This document shows positions 49,394-60,241 of a DNA stretch of 64,000 nucleotides, in pieces. The stretch is from Variovorax sp. (lineage in GTDB: Bacteria; Pseudomonadota; Gammaproteobacteria; Burkholderiales; Burkholderiaceae_C). The translations under genes and the position numbers were made by a program. Location: the NCBI GenBank assembly GCA_035250605.1, contig DATFFA010000097.1, positions 6,546-70,545 of the forward strand. Direction: 5' to 3'. The notes under the pieces are model-generated. The model was not told the DNA's origin and did not search any database. It worked only from the letters and a program-made list of their open reading frames with translations. How positions within the stretch are numbered: the first letter of the stretch is position 1; every line of letters begins with the position of its first letter.

Positions 49394-51525
49394 GATCCAC
49401 TGTCCTTGCTGAGGGCGAGCAGCCTGTCTTTCAGGCGCTCGAATTCACGGTCGCTGTCGATGGTCTTGCGGTTGACCGAGTAGGCCATGGTGGCCGCCGT
49501 GCCGCCGGCGCCCGCGTCCTTGGCGAGCCACACCCAGAGCCTGCGCTCGCGGACGTACAGCATGGCAAAAATGCCCACGATCAGCAACAGGCAGCCCAGG
49601 TAAACGATGTTCTTGCCAGGGGCACGGGCAACCTGGAACACGCTGGCCTGGACCTGCTTGAAGTCGGTCATCATCATCGCCACCGGCGCGGGGTAGAAGT
49701 AGGCGTCGCTGGCGGCCAGCACCGCTTGCGTGAGGAAGGCCTGCGCCTTCTCGTCGGCCGGCAGCGCCGCCAGCCCCGCCTGCTCGCGGCTGAGGTTCAG
49801 CACCTCGAACAGGACGTCGTTGAGGATGCGCACCAGCACCGCGCCCGCCCGCTCCCGGTCGGCCTCCGGCACGTTGGCCTCCATGAATTCGGCGATCGCC
49901 TGCCAGCCGCCGCTGCTCACCGCGTTGGCCTTGGCGCGCTCGGCGCCCGCGAACAGCGCGAGCGCGCGGCCGGCCGAGATGCGCAGCTGCCCGGCCAGCT
50001 CGGGCCGCTTGGGATCGACGCTGCGCGCGATGTAGCGCTCGATGGCGCGCGTGCGGATGTCGGCGTCGGCCAGGGCCGCACGCATGCGCACGAAGCCGTC
50101 CATCGAGCCCTGCTCGTCGGCCGGCACGCGCAGGTAGCGGAAGGGCTCCTCCGGCCGCTCGCGCATGCCGAGCAGGAACACCGGCTGGCCGTCGCCGGTG
50201 TCGACCGGAACCATGTAGTTCTGGTACTCGCGGGCCTGGCCCGAGGCATCGCGCAGCTTGTAGCCGATGCTCGGGCCGATGTTGCGCAGCACCTTGGGCT
50301 TGTTGGTCTTGTTGGCCGCGCCCAGGCGCGACTCGAGGTCGTTGCGCAGGTCGACCTTGCGCACGTCGGCACCGCTCGCCATGGCGCCGGCGTCGCCGAA
50401 GTTCTCGACGTTGATCACGCGCAGCGCCGTGTACTCCAGCGTCAGCCGCTCGCTGCCGTTGGTGATTTCCGAGCTGTTGCCGATGATGCCGTCGACCTCG
50501 AAGGGCTTGGCCGCCGCCGCCATCGGCACGGCCTTGAGCTTCACGCTGGAGCCGCCGTCGTCGAAACTGGACTGGTAGATCTCGATGCCCTTGTAGCTGG
50601 CCGGGTGGTTCACCTCGATGCGCGCCGGCACCTGCTGGCCGGTCGCGCGGTCGTGCAGCACCACCTCGCTGGCGAACAGCTTGGGCATGCCGGTCGAGTA
50701 GTAGTCGACGATGAATTTCTTCAGCTCGATGGAAAAGGGCAGGTCCTGCAGCAGCACGCCATCGGCCTGGTTCAGGATGGCGACGCTCGACTGCCCTCCT
50801 TCCGGCACGAGGATGTTGCCGCGGAAGGTGGGGTTGCTGGGCGACAGGCGATGCTGCGGCGCCACATCGGCGATCAGCCCGCCGCCGGTGTAGACGCTCT
50901 TGCCGTTGAACCGGGTCTGGGCGCGCACCACCAGGTCGCCGTCGAGCAGGCCGCCCAGGCACACCAGCACGATGGCACCGTGCGCCGCGATGTAGCCGAG
51001 CTTGTGGGCGCCGCCCGCGCGCGCGGCCACCATCCAGCCGTCGCCATCGCGGTGCTGCAGCTTGACCTTCCAGCCGCCGCCGGCGAGCAGCTGTCCGATG
51101 CGGTTGGCCGCGCCGTCGGGCGTCTCGTCGAGCCGGGTCTCGGCGCGCTGGCCGAAGGCGCGCAGGCTCTGGACGCGGATGCTCTCCTTGATGTTCTTCA
51201 GGTCGGCGAAGATGTGCGGCGTGTTGCGCGCGATGCACAGAGAGGTGCTGATCACCAGAAAGGCCAGGATCAGCAGGAACCACCAGGCGCTGTAGATCGA
51301 GTCCAGCTGCGCCGCGCGGAACACCTCGGCCCAGAAGGGGCCGAACTGGTTGATGTAGTTGTTGACCGGTTCGTGCTGCTTGAGCACGGTGCCGATGATC
51401 GAGGCGATGCAGATGACCGTCAACAGTGCGATCGCGAAGCGCATCGACGACAGCAGTTCCACGCCCGCACGGACCGCATGGGGACCGCGACGAATGCGAA
51501 GGCCGTGGGTGGAGACTGCTGACAT
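49390..51525 (-). CDS. resB: System II cytochrome c biogenesis protein ResB/Ccs1
   Basis: LSSMRFAI, IGTVLKQ, VNHP..YQSSF and ERRLWV motifs. Confidence 0.9.
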   Translation of the reverse strand: MSAVSTHGLRIRRGPHAVRAGVELLSSMRFAIALLTVICIASIIGTVLKQHEPVNNYINQFGPFWAEVFRAAQLDSIYSAWWFLLILAFLVISTSLCIARNTPHIFADLKNIKESIRVQSLRAFGQRAETRLDETPDGAANRIGQLLAGGGWKVKLQHRDGDGWMVAARAGGAHKLGYIAAHGAIVLVCLGGLLDGDLVVRAQTRFNGKSVYTGGGLIADVAPQHRLSPSNPTFRGNILVPEGGQSSVAILNQADGVLLQDLPFSIELKKFIVDYYSTGMPKLFASEVVLHDRATGQQVPARIEVNHPASYKGIEIYQSSFDDGGSSVKLKAVPMAAAAKPFEVDGIIGNSSEITNGSERLTLEYTALRVINVENFGDAGAMASGADVRKVDLRNDLESRLGAANKTNKPKVLRNIGPSIGYKLRDASGQAREYQNYMVPVDTGDGQPVFLLGMRERPEEPFRYLRVPADEQGSMDGFVRMRAALADADIRTRAIERYIARSVDPKRPELAGQLRISAGRALALFAGAERAKANAVSSGGWQAIAEFMEANVPEADRERAGAVLVRILNDVLFEVLNLSREQAGLAALPADEKAQAFLTQAVLAASDAYFYPAPVAMMMTDFKQVQASVFQVARAPGKNIVYLGCLLLIVGIFAMLYVRERRLWVWLAKDAGAGGTAATMAYSVNRKTIDSDREFERLKDRLLALSKDSGS

Positions 51526-51545
51526 GGAAGCGGAAGGTGGAAAGC

Positions 51546-51580
51546 AAAAAGGCGGGCCATCCTCGCTGGATCGGCCCGCC
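51546..51580 (-). terminator. Intrinsic terminator between cytochrome c4 and resB
   Basis: GGCGGGCC...GGCCCGCC followed by TTTTT. Confidence 0.7.
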
Positions 51581-51628
51581 CTGTTGGGGTTTTTTATCGG
51601 CGGTTAGTTCACGCTGGCGCCAGCGCCA

Positions 51629-52306
51629 TCAACGCAGGCCGGCGATGTAGTCCGAAACGGCCTTGATCTCGCGGTCGTTGAGCTTGGCGGCCACGCCGGT
51701 CATCTGAGGACTGTTCTGGCGGGTGCCGTCGCGGAACTGGTTGAGCTGGACCATGGTGTAGTCGGCATGCTGGCCGCCCAGGCGCGGGTACTGGGCGGGG
51801 ATGCCGGCGCCGTTCGGGCTGTGGCAGCCGGCGCAGGCCGGGATCTGACGCTCGCCGATGCCGCCGCGGTAGATCTTCTCGCCCAGGGCGACCAGGTCCT
51901 TCTCTTTCGAAAAGCCCGTCTTGACCTTCTTGGAGCCGACGAACCAGGCGACATTGCGCATGTCCTCCTCGGACAGGGCCGAGGCCAGCGGCTTCATGAT
52001 CGCGCTCTTGCGCTTGCCGGACTTGAAGTCCTGCAGCTGCTTGAGGATGTATTCGGGGTGCTGTTGCGCCAGCTTGGGGTTGGCTGCGATGGCCGAGTTG
52101 CCGTCGGCGTTGTGGCACGAGGCGCAGCTCTGGCTGTTGGCCGGGGTGTTGTTGAAGATGGTGTCGCCCTTGGCCGGATCGGGCTTGGCGGCCTTGGCGG
52201 GGGCCGCGGCGGCAGCGGGCTTGCTTGCCGGATCGTCGGCCGCGAAGCTGGCGCTGGCGGCGGCGCCCATGAGGGCTGCAAGCAGGAGACGGGCAAACAA
52301 CTTCAT
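51629..52306 (-). CDS. Diheme cytochrome c4
   Basis: Signal peptide; CASCH and CAGCH heme-binding motifs. Confidence 0.92.
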   Translation of the reverse strand: MKLFARLLLAALMGAAASASFAADDPASKPAAAAAPAKAAKPDPAKGDTIFNNTPANSQSCASCHNADGNSAIAANPKLAQQHPEYILKQLQDFKSGKRKSAIMKPLASALSEEDMRNVAWFVGSKKVKTGFSKEKDLVALGEKIYRGGIGERQIPACAGCHSPNGAGIPAQYPRLGGQHADYTMVQLNQFRDGTRQNSPQMTGVAAKLNDREIKAVSDYIAGLR

Positions 52307-52378
52307 ATCGGGGGCTCTGGATTTATGGCGCAAAACCGCGCGATTCTACAATGGCGCCCCGTTACCGAGGCTCTACCC

Positions 52379-53116
52379 ATGACCACCCCGAGCCGCAAGC
52401 CGGCCGCCCCTTTCTCCCGCCCGGCAGTTGCCGTGGACGGCGCGGCCGCCGAACGCATCCGCATCGCGCGCGGCTGGCTGCATACCGCCCACTTCCTGAC
52501 CAGCGCGCCGCAGCTGGAGCATCTGCCCGCCCTCGAGCTCCCGGAGATCGCCTTCGTCGGGCGCTCGAACGCCGGCAAGTCGACCGCCATCAACACGCTG
52601 ACCCAGCAGACCCGCCTGGCCTTCGCCTCCAAGACGCCCGGCCGCACCCAGCACATCAACCTGTTCGGCGTCGGCAGGCAGAAGGTGGACGACGCCGTGC
52701 TGGCCGACCTGCCGGGCTACGGCTACGCGGCCGTGCCGCGCGAGGCCAAGCTGCGCTGGCAGCGCGTCATGGGCAACTACCTGATGACGCGCGAGAGCCT
52801 GCGCGGCGTGGTGCTGATGTGCGACCCGCGCCACGGCCTCACCGAACTCGACGAGATCCTGCTGGAAGTCATCCGCCCGCGGGTCGAGCAGGGCCTGAAG
52901 TTCCTCGTGCTGCTGACCAAGGCCGACAAGCTCACGCGTTCCGACGGCGCCAAGGCGCTGTCCATCGTGCGACTGCAGGCCGGCGGCGGCGAGGTCAAAC
53001 TGTTCTCGGCCTTGAAACAACAGGGAGTGGACGAAGCGGCTGAACTGCTGTGGCGCTGGGCCCATCCGCAGGACGAGCCGCCCGCAGAACCGAAAGAAGG
53101 AGACGACCCGCCATGA
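52379..53116 (+). CDS. engB: Ribosome biogenesis GTPase YihA/EngB
   Basis: GRSNAGKS, TPGRTQ, DLPGYG and TKAD motifs. Confidence 0.95.
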   Translation: MTTPSRKPAAPFSRPAVAVDGAAAERIRIARGWLHTAHFLTSAPQLEHLPALELPEIAFVGRSNAGKSTAINTLTQQTRLAFASKTPGRTQHINLFGVGRQKVDDAVLADLPGYGYAAVPREAKLRWQRVMGNYLMTRESLRGVVLMCDPRHGLTELDEILLEVIRPRVEQGLKFLVLLTKADKLTRSDGAKALSIVRLQAGGGEVKLFSALKQQGVDEAAELLWRWAHPQDEPPAEPKEGDDPP

Positions 53117-54027
53117 TCCAGACCTTTGCCCGGGCGCTGCCCAACGGCACCACGCTCAGCTGCCGTGCTGCCGGCGAGCCCGGCCGCCCCTTGATGGTGT
53201 TCCTGCACGGCTTTCCGGAAGCCGCGTTCATCTGGGACGAGCTGCTCGAGCATTTCAGCCAGCCGGAGCACGGCGGATACCGCTGCGTGGCGCCGAACCT
53301 GCGCGGCTTCGAGAAGTCGAGCTCCCCCACCGAGGTGTCGGCCTATCGCGCCCACCTGCTGATCCAGGACGTCGAGCAGCTCGCCCGGAGCGAGCGTGAC
53401 GACGGCCGCATCGAGGTGCTGGTCGCGCACGACTGGGGCGGCGCCTTCGGCTGGGGCTACGGCAACCAGCATGGCGACAAGCTGGGCCGGCTGGTCATCA
53501 TCAACTCGCCGCATCCGGGCACCTTCGTGCGCGAGCTGCGCAACAACCCCGCCCAGCAGGCCGCCAGCGCCTACATGAACTTCCTCGCGCGGCCCGATGC
53601 CGAAGCGCTGATGTCGGCCGACGACTACAAGCGCATGTGGCTCTCGTTCACGCAGATGAAGGCGGGGCCGGAGGGCTACGGCTGGCTGACCGAGGACGTC
53701 AAGGCCAAGTACCGCGAGGTGTGGGACCACGGCCTCACCGGCGCCTTGAACCTCTACCGGGTGACGCCGATGAAGCCGGCCATCCCCGGCAAGCCTGCCG
53801 CCGAAATCCCCGAGCTGCCACGGGAGCGGCTGGTGGTGGAGGTGCCCACCTTCGTCTTCTGGGCGCTGGACGACGCGGCGCTCCTGCCGGGGCTGCTCGA
53901 AGGCCTGGAAGATTACGTGCCGAAGCTCGATCTGAAGAAGGTGCCCGACGCCACGCACTGGATCTTGCACGAGCAGCCGGAGTTCGTGGCCCGCGAGATC
54001 GAGGCCTTCCTCCGGCGGACTCAGTAG
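53113..54027 (+). CDS. Alpha/beta hydrolase (epoxide hydrolase-like)
   Basis: HGFPE, AHDWGG and HWILHE motifs. Confidence 0.88.
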   Translation: MIQTFARALPNGTTLSCRAAGEPGRPLMVFLHGFPEAAFIWDELLEHFSQPEHGGYRCVAPNLRGFEKSSSPTEVSAYRAHLLIQDVEQLARSERDDGRIEVLVAHDWGGAFGWGYGNQHGDKLGRLVIINSPHPGTFVRELRNNPAQQAASAYMNFLARPDAEALMSADDYKRMWLSFTQMKAGPEGYGWLTEDVKAKYREVWDHGLTGALNLYRVTPMKPAIPGKPAAEIPELPRERLVVEVPTFVFWALDDAALLPGLLEGLEDYVPKLDLKKVPDATHWILHEQPEFVAREIEAFLRRTQ

Positions 54028-54905
54028 ACGGGCGCTGCGCCCTCGGGGCGCGTCTTGAAGCGCCGGTGCACCCAGTAGTACTGCGAGGGCATGGTGTCGA
54101 TGTAGCCCTGCAGGCGCTGGTTCATCAGCGCCGTGTCGGCCACGACGTCTTCGGTCGGGAAGTCCCGCCAGGCCGGCAGCACCTCGATCTCGTAGCCGGT
54201 GGGCGTGAGCTTCGAGACGATCGGCACCACCTTGGCCCGCCCGAGCCGGGCGAAGCGCGACAGCGAGGGCACGGTGGCCGCCGGCACGCCGTAGAAGGGC
54301 ACGAAGACGGTCTGGTCGCGGCCGAAGTCCATGTCCGGCAGCAGGTACAGCAGGCCGCCCTTGCGCAGCCCCGCGATGATCGGCTTGATGCCGTCGACCC
54401 GATTGAGCGTGATCACGTTGCCGAAGCGCTTGCGGCCCTCGCGGATCCACTCGTCCACCATCGGGTCGCGCTGCGTGGTGTAGATGGTGGTGGAGGGCCG
54501 CGCCGTGTGCATGGTCAGGGCCGTGGCGGCCGCATCGAGACCGTAGAAATGCGGCGCGAAGAGGATCATCGGCTCCTTGCCGTTGGCGATCTCGTCGATC
54601 TCCTCCGCCGAGCCCTTCACCTGCAGCCGTGCGGCCACGGTCTCTTCGGGCGCATGCCAGAGCCAGCTGCGGTCCAGCCAGGATTGCGCCACATAGACGA
54701 AGGTCTCGCGCGCGATGCGCCGGCGCTCGGCCGGTGGCTTGTCCGGGAAGCACAGCGCCAGGTTGGCGTCGACCACGCGCCGGCGCGGCGCGGCGACGGC
54801 ATGCAGCACGTGGCCCAGCACGGTGCCGAAGCCGCGCACCATTGGCAATGGCACATGGGCCAGGGTGCGCATGAAGACGATGCCGAGGCGTGAAAACACG
54901 CTCAT
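54021..54905 (-). CDS. Lipid A late acyltransferase (LpxL/HtrB family)
   Basis: PHFYGLD, LPDMD and QYYWVHRRFKTRP motifs. Confidence 0.88.
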   Translation of the reverse strand: MSVFSRLGIVFMRTLAHVPLPMVRGFGTVLGHVLHAVAAPRRRVVDANLALCFPDKPPAERRRIARETFVYVAQSWLDRSWLWHAPEETVAARLQVKGSAEEIDEIANGKEPMILFAPHFYGLDAAATALTMHTARPSTTIYTTQRDPMVDEWIREGRKRFGNVITLNRVDGIKPIIAGLRKGGLLYLLPDMDFGRDQTVFVPFYGVPAATVPSLSRFARLGRAKVVPIVSKLTPTGYEIEVLPAWRDFPTEDVVADTALMNQRLQGYIDTMPSQYYWVHRRFKTRPEGAAPVY

Positions 54906-55795
54906 GGCGCGGCCTCCGCCCCGGTCACTGCCGCCGCTTCGCCGCGCGGCTGCTTGTAGCGCGCGTAGTCCCAGACGTACTGGCCCGGCAGCGCGCGGAT
55001 CAGCGCGGCGATGCCCTCGTTCATCGCGGCGGCGGCGGCTTCAGGCGTGGCCTTCGGGTCGCCGAGGGCGGTGCCGTCGAAAGGCGTCAGGCGGATCGCA
55101 TAGCCCGCGCCGCGCGGCAGCCGCTCGCACACGCCGAAGAAGACGCGCGCCCCGGTCTGTTGCGCCAGGCGCGGCAGCAGGGTCATGGTGTAAGCCGGCC
55201 GGCCGAGGAATGGCGCCCAGACGCCCTGCCCCAGCGGCGGGACCTGATCCGGCAGGATGCCTGTATAGCCGCCTGCCCGCAACGTGCGGATCAGGCCGCG
55301 CACGCCGGCCACGCTGGTGGGCAGCATCTGCAGCCCGCGCCGCTCGCGCGAGCCGGCGCCGATCAGCTCGGCCATCCACTTCTTGCGCGCCGGACGGAAC
55401 AGCGCCGTGATCGGGCCGTAGGCGTCGACGAAGCGCTCGCCGATGGCCTGCCCCAGGATCTCCCAGCAGCCGATGTGCGGCGAGGCGATGATCACGCCCT
55501 TGCGCGCCGCCAGCGCCGCCTCGAGTTCGGCCGCGCCCTCCCAGCGCACGATGCGCGGCAGCACGCTCTCGCCCTGCGGCCGGGCCCACAGCCATGGCAG
55601 CTCCGCCGCCATGGCCCCGGCGGCGCCGATGGCCGGGCGGTACTGCGCGGGCGTGAAGCCGGCACGCTCGGCGTTGTCCTTGAAGCGCTGGCGATAGGTG
55701 GGCGAGCCCCACCACACCAGCCAGCCCAGGCAGCGGCCGGCGGCATGCATCCAGCGCAGCGGCACATGGGCGAGCAATCGAAAGAGAAGGATCAT
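54902..55795 (-). CDS. Lipid A late acyltransferase family, second paralog
   Basis: PHIGCWE, LPDQVP and QYVWDYARYK motifs. Confidence 0.85.
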   Translation of the reverse strand: MILLFRLLAHVPLRWMHAAGRCLGWLVWWGSPTYRQRFKDNAERAGFTPAQYRPAIGAAGAMAAELPWLWARPQGESVLPRIVRWEGAAELEAALAARKGVIIASPHIGCWEILGQAIGERFVDAYGPITALFRPARKKWMAELIGAGSRERRGLQMLPTSVAGVRGLIRTLRAGGYTGILPDQVPPLGQGVWAPFLGRPAYTMTLLPRLAQQTGARVFFGVCERLPRGAGYAIRLTPFDGTALGDPKATPEAAAAAMNEGIAALIRALPGQYVWDYARYKQPRGEAAAVTGAEAAP

Positions 55796-55862
55796 CCAGT
55801 TGGAGGGGGTGAAAACCAGGACGCGCGCGCGGGCTATCGCGCGGCTCGAATACAATCGAAAT

Positions 55863-55918
55863 TGTCGCTGAGTTATGGAACTACTTGCAGGGCGACGTTA
55901 AACATCACTGCTAAAGCG
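55863..55918 (+). ncRNA. SAM-II riboswitch (long-loop type) in the metK leader
   Basis: P1 GTCGC/GCGAC, TGAGTT...CTTGCA core and 3' GCTAAAG pseudoknot strand; TACAAT -10 immediately upstream; regulated gene is metK. Confidence 0.75.
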
Positions 55919-55977
55919 TTCGCCACACTCCAAATGGATTGGCAACGCGCCAATTCAACTGCTTGGAGTTTTATCGA

Positions 55978-57159
<1,182 letters not shown>

Positions 57160-57172
57160 AGAACCGGCCCTT

Positions 57173-57826
57173 TCAATCGGGCTGGGCGCCTTCGCCCTGC
57201 AGCAGCTCGCGCACCTCTTCGTCGCTGGTCTGGCCGAAGTTCTCGTACCAGAGGCCGACCGCGCGGAACGGCTCCGGGACATGGACGCAGACCACTTCGT
57301 CCGCCACCGTGTTCAGCAGCTGCACGGCCTCCCTCGAACCCACGGGGACCGCCACCACGATCCGCCGCGGCTGCATCGCACGCACCGCCAGCGAGGCCGC
57401 ATGCATGGTGGCGCCGGTGGCGAGGCCGTCGTCGACCAGGATGGCCACGCGCCCGGCCAGCACCAGCGGGGCGCGCTCGCCGCGGTAGAGCCGCTCGCGG
57501 CGCGCCAGCTCTTCCTGCTCTCGCTGGACCACCCTTTCCACCTCGGCGTCGGACACGGGCCACATGCGCGGGACATCGGACATCACGCGCACGCCGCCGG
57601 GCCCGATCGCGCCCATCGCGAGCTCCTCCTGGCCCGGATAGCCGAGCTTGCGCACGACCAGCACGTCGAGCGGTGCCTCCAAGGCCCGGGCGACCTCCCA
57701 GGCCACCGGCACGCCACCGCGCGGCAGCGCCAGCACCACCACCTCGGGCTGGCCGCGCCAGGCCGCGAGCGCCTTCGCGAGCACCCGGCCCGCATCGTGT
57801 CGATCCCTGAATTCCACTTGAGCCAT
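57173..57826 (-). CDS. Phosphoribosyltransferase family protein
   Basis: ALPRGGVPV and the VDDGLATGAT PRPP-binding loop. Confidence 0.85.
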   Translation of the reverse strand: MAQVEFRDRHDAGRVLAKALAAWRGQPEVVVLALPRGGVPVAWEVARALEAPLDVLVVRKLGYPGQEELAMGAIGPGGVRVMSDVPRMWPVSDAEVERVVQREQEELARRERLYRGERAPLVLAGRVAILVDDGLATGATMHAASLAVRAMQPRRIVVAVPVGSREAVQLLNTVADEVVCVHVPEPFRAVGLWYENFGQTSDEEVRELLQGEGAQPD

Positions 57827-57854
57827 TTGCGCTCCTCGCCTTGGCAGCCGCAAC

Positions 57855-59972
57855 TCAGAAACGATACGCCGCTCCCATGCCCAGCGTCCAGCTGCGTCCC
57901 GGCGCGGGCTCGAAGTAGCGCGCATTGCCCTCGTTGACGATCAGCGAGCCGACGTGGCGCCGGTCGAAGAGGTTGTCCACACGCAGGAACGCATTGAAGT
58001 CCCATTGCGCCCAGCGCTTGACATAGCCCGCGTACAGCGCCGCCACCGCATAGCCCGGCGCGCCGGCCGTGTTGCGGTCGTTGGCTTCGATGTGGCCGAG
58101 CGCCCGCAGTTCGGCGCCGGCGCGCCAGCCCTCGGGCGGCACCCAGCCGAAGGAGGCATAGAGCGCATGCTCGGCAATGCCGGGGATGCGGTTGCCCGCG
58201 GCCACCGTGCTGCCCGTGCCGCAGGGCGCAGGCGAGCAGAAGGCATCGCGGTAGCGCGCGTCGAGCCAGGTGTAGGCCAGCTGCGTGCGCCAGTGATCGG
58301 CGGTCTCGTGCTGCCAGGCCAGCTCGAAACCGTCGCGCCTGGTGCGGCCGGCGTTCTGGAAGGTGGCGCGCCCGCCGAGGTTGGTGTTGGTCACGATCTC
58401 GTCGCGCGTGCGGGTCTGGAACAGGGCCGCAGTGAGCAGGCCGCCGGCCAGGCGCGCCTTGGCGCCGACCTCGACGCTGGTGTTGACCGAAGGCCGCAGC
58501 CCGAAGTTGAGCCCGCCGATGCCGTCGGCCCGGTAGGACAGCTCGTTGAGCGTGGGCGTCTCGAAGCCGCGCCCGGCAGAGGCATAGAGCGCCAGGTCGG
58601 GCGTCGCCTGGTAGCGCAGCGAGGCCACCGGCAGGGTCCTGCCGTAGCGTGCGCTGCCGCTGTCGTCGCGGTTCGGCCCTCCGATGTAGAGGTCGTGCGA
58701 AGAAAAGCGCACGTTGCTGCGGCGCAGGCCGGCTTCCAGCGTCCAGGCGTCGGCGAAGCGCCAGCTGCCCTGCACATAGGGATCGAGGTTGCGCACCTCG
58801 TTGCGCTCGTTGCGGCGCAGCCGGCCCTGCACGCCGAGGGCCAGGGGCGCTGCGGCCCGGCCGAAGAAGTTCTCGAAGCCGCGGCGCTCTTCGCGCAGCT
58901 TGTCGTAGGCCAGGCCGGCGACCAGGTCGAAGGGCCGGTCGCCCAGCTGCAGCTTCGCGCTCCAGCGCAGGTCCACGCCGCCGTAGTCGCGCGCCAGGTC
59001 GATCACCCCGCCGGCATGTAGCGGATTCAGCTGCGCCGCGGGCGGGATGGACTGGAACTGCACGGTGCTGCGCTGGCCGCCGTAGACCATCAGGCGCAGC
59101 GTGTTGCGGGCATCGATTCGGCGCTCGTAGCTCAGCCCGAGCTGCTGCTGGTCCACCGTCTTTCGCGTATCGAACTGCTTCGCCAGGTCGGCGCCGCGCG
59201 GGTTCAGTGCGTACTGCTCGGCCGACAGGCCCAGCGGGTCCTGGGCGTGGACATGCACGCTGTTGAAGACCAGCGTGAGCTTGCTGCCATCGTCCAGCCG
59301 GAAGCCCAGCTTGCCGTTCTGGATCTCACGCTCCGCCGCGCTGTGCTCGCGCCAGCCATCGGTGTGGAAGCGGCTGGCGCTCAGGGTGTAGTCGACGGCG
59401 CCGGTGGAGCCGCCGAGCTTGGTGCCGACCCGCCAGGTGCCGAAGCTGCCGCCAGCCGCCGAAAAGCCCAAGGTCGGCGGCCCCTCCCCCTCCTCGGTGA
59501 AGACCTGCACCACGCCGCCCGAGGAATTGCCGTAGAGCGCCGAAAAGGGCCCGCGCAGGATTTCGACGCGGTCGGCCGAGCCGATGTCGATGTTGGAAGT
59601 CTGGCCCTGGCCGTCGGGCAGCGTGGCCGGGATGCCGTCCACGTAGAGGCGCACGCCGCGCACGCCGAAGGTGGAGCGCGCGCCGAAGCCGCGGATGGAC
59701 AACTGCAGGTCCTGCGCGTAGTTGTAGCGGTTCTGGACCTGCAGCCCCGGCACCGGGCCCAGGCTCTCGGAAAGGTTCACGCCAAGGCGCGCATCGCGCA
59801 TCTCGCTTCCCTCGAGCCGATCGACCGAACCCGGCACTTCGAAAGGCCGCATTTCGCCACGCGGGGTGGACACGGTGATCTCGCGCAGCGTGGGCGCGGG
59901 CGGGGCTTCCTGCGCCTGGGCGGCACAGGAAGCGGCGGCGACCAGGCCGGCCGTGGCAAGACGGGATTTCAT
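57855..59972 (-). CDS. TonB-dependent receptor, YncD/PqqU-like
   Basis: NRYNYAQDLQLSIRGFGARSTFGVRG plug motif; C-terminal F. Confidence 0.88.
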   Translation of the reverse strand: MKSRLATAGLVAAASCAAQAQEAPPAPTLREITVSTPRGEMRPFEVPGSVDRLEGSEMRDARLGVNLSESLGPVPGLQVQNRYNYAQDLQLSIRGFGARSTFGVRGVRLYVDGIPATLPDGQGQTSNIDIGSADRVEILRGPFSALYGNSSGGVVQVFTEEGEGPPTLGFSAAGGSFGTWRVGTKLGGSTGAVDYTLSASRFHTDGWREHSAAEREIQNGKLGFRLDDGSKLTLVFNSVHVHAQDPLGLSAEQYALNPRGADLAKQFDTRKTVDQQQLGLSYERRIDARNTLRLMVYGGQRSTVQFQSIPPAAQLNPLHAGGVIDLARDYGGVDLRWSAKLQLGDRPFDLVAGLAYDKLREERRGFENFFGRAAAPLALGVQGRLRRNERNEVRNLDPYVQGSWRFADAWTLEAGLRRSNVRFSSHDLYIGGPNRDDSGSARYGRTLPVASLRYQATPDLALYASAGRGFETPTLNELSYRADGIGGLNFGLRPSVNTSVEVGAKARLAGGLLTAALFQTRTRDEIVTNTNLGGRATFQNAGRTRRDGFELAWQHETADHWRTQLAYTWLDARYRDAFCSPAPCGTGSTVAAGNRIPGIAEHALYASFGWVPPEGWRAGAELRALGHIEANDRNTAGAPGYAVAALYAGYVKRWAQWDFNAFLRVDNLFDRRHVGSLIVNEGNARYFEPAPGRSWTLGMGAAYRF

Positions 59973-60046
59973 CGCGGCGATTCTGCGGCCACCCGCCGCC
60001 CCGCCGCGGCGGGCAAGACCCTATGGCGCAGGACGCGCCATTGAAA

Positions 60047-60241
60047 CTAGGAACGCGCCGGCGCGCGCCGCCAGCCGTACCAGAAGCCAATCACCGTCGG
60101 GACGCCGAGCGCGACCCAGGCCACTGCATCGCCCAGCCCGCCGTCGCTGAACAGCGCGGACACCAGGCCGATGGAGGTCAGCACGCCCAGCAAGATCGGC
60201 CAGCCCCACAGGCGCCGGAAAGAATGCCGCACCTTGGTCAT
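60047..60241 (-). CDS. Small two-TM membrane protein
   Basis: 64 aa, hydrophobic, ATGA-coupled to the PepSY-TM gene. Confidence 0.7.
   Translation of the reverse strand: MTKVRHSFRRLWGWPILLGVLTSIGLVSALFSDGGLGDAVAWVALGVPTVIGFWYGWRRAPARS

Noticed and set aside
54021-55795. Tandem lipid A acyltransferase paralogs
   Set aside because: Common arrangement next to metK in Betaproteobacteria.
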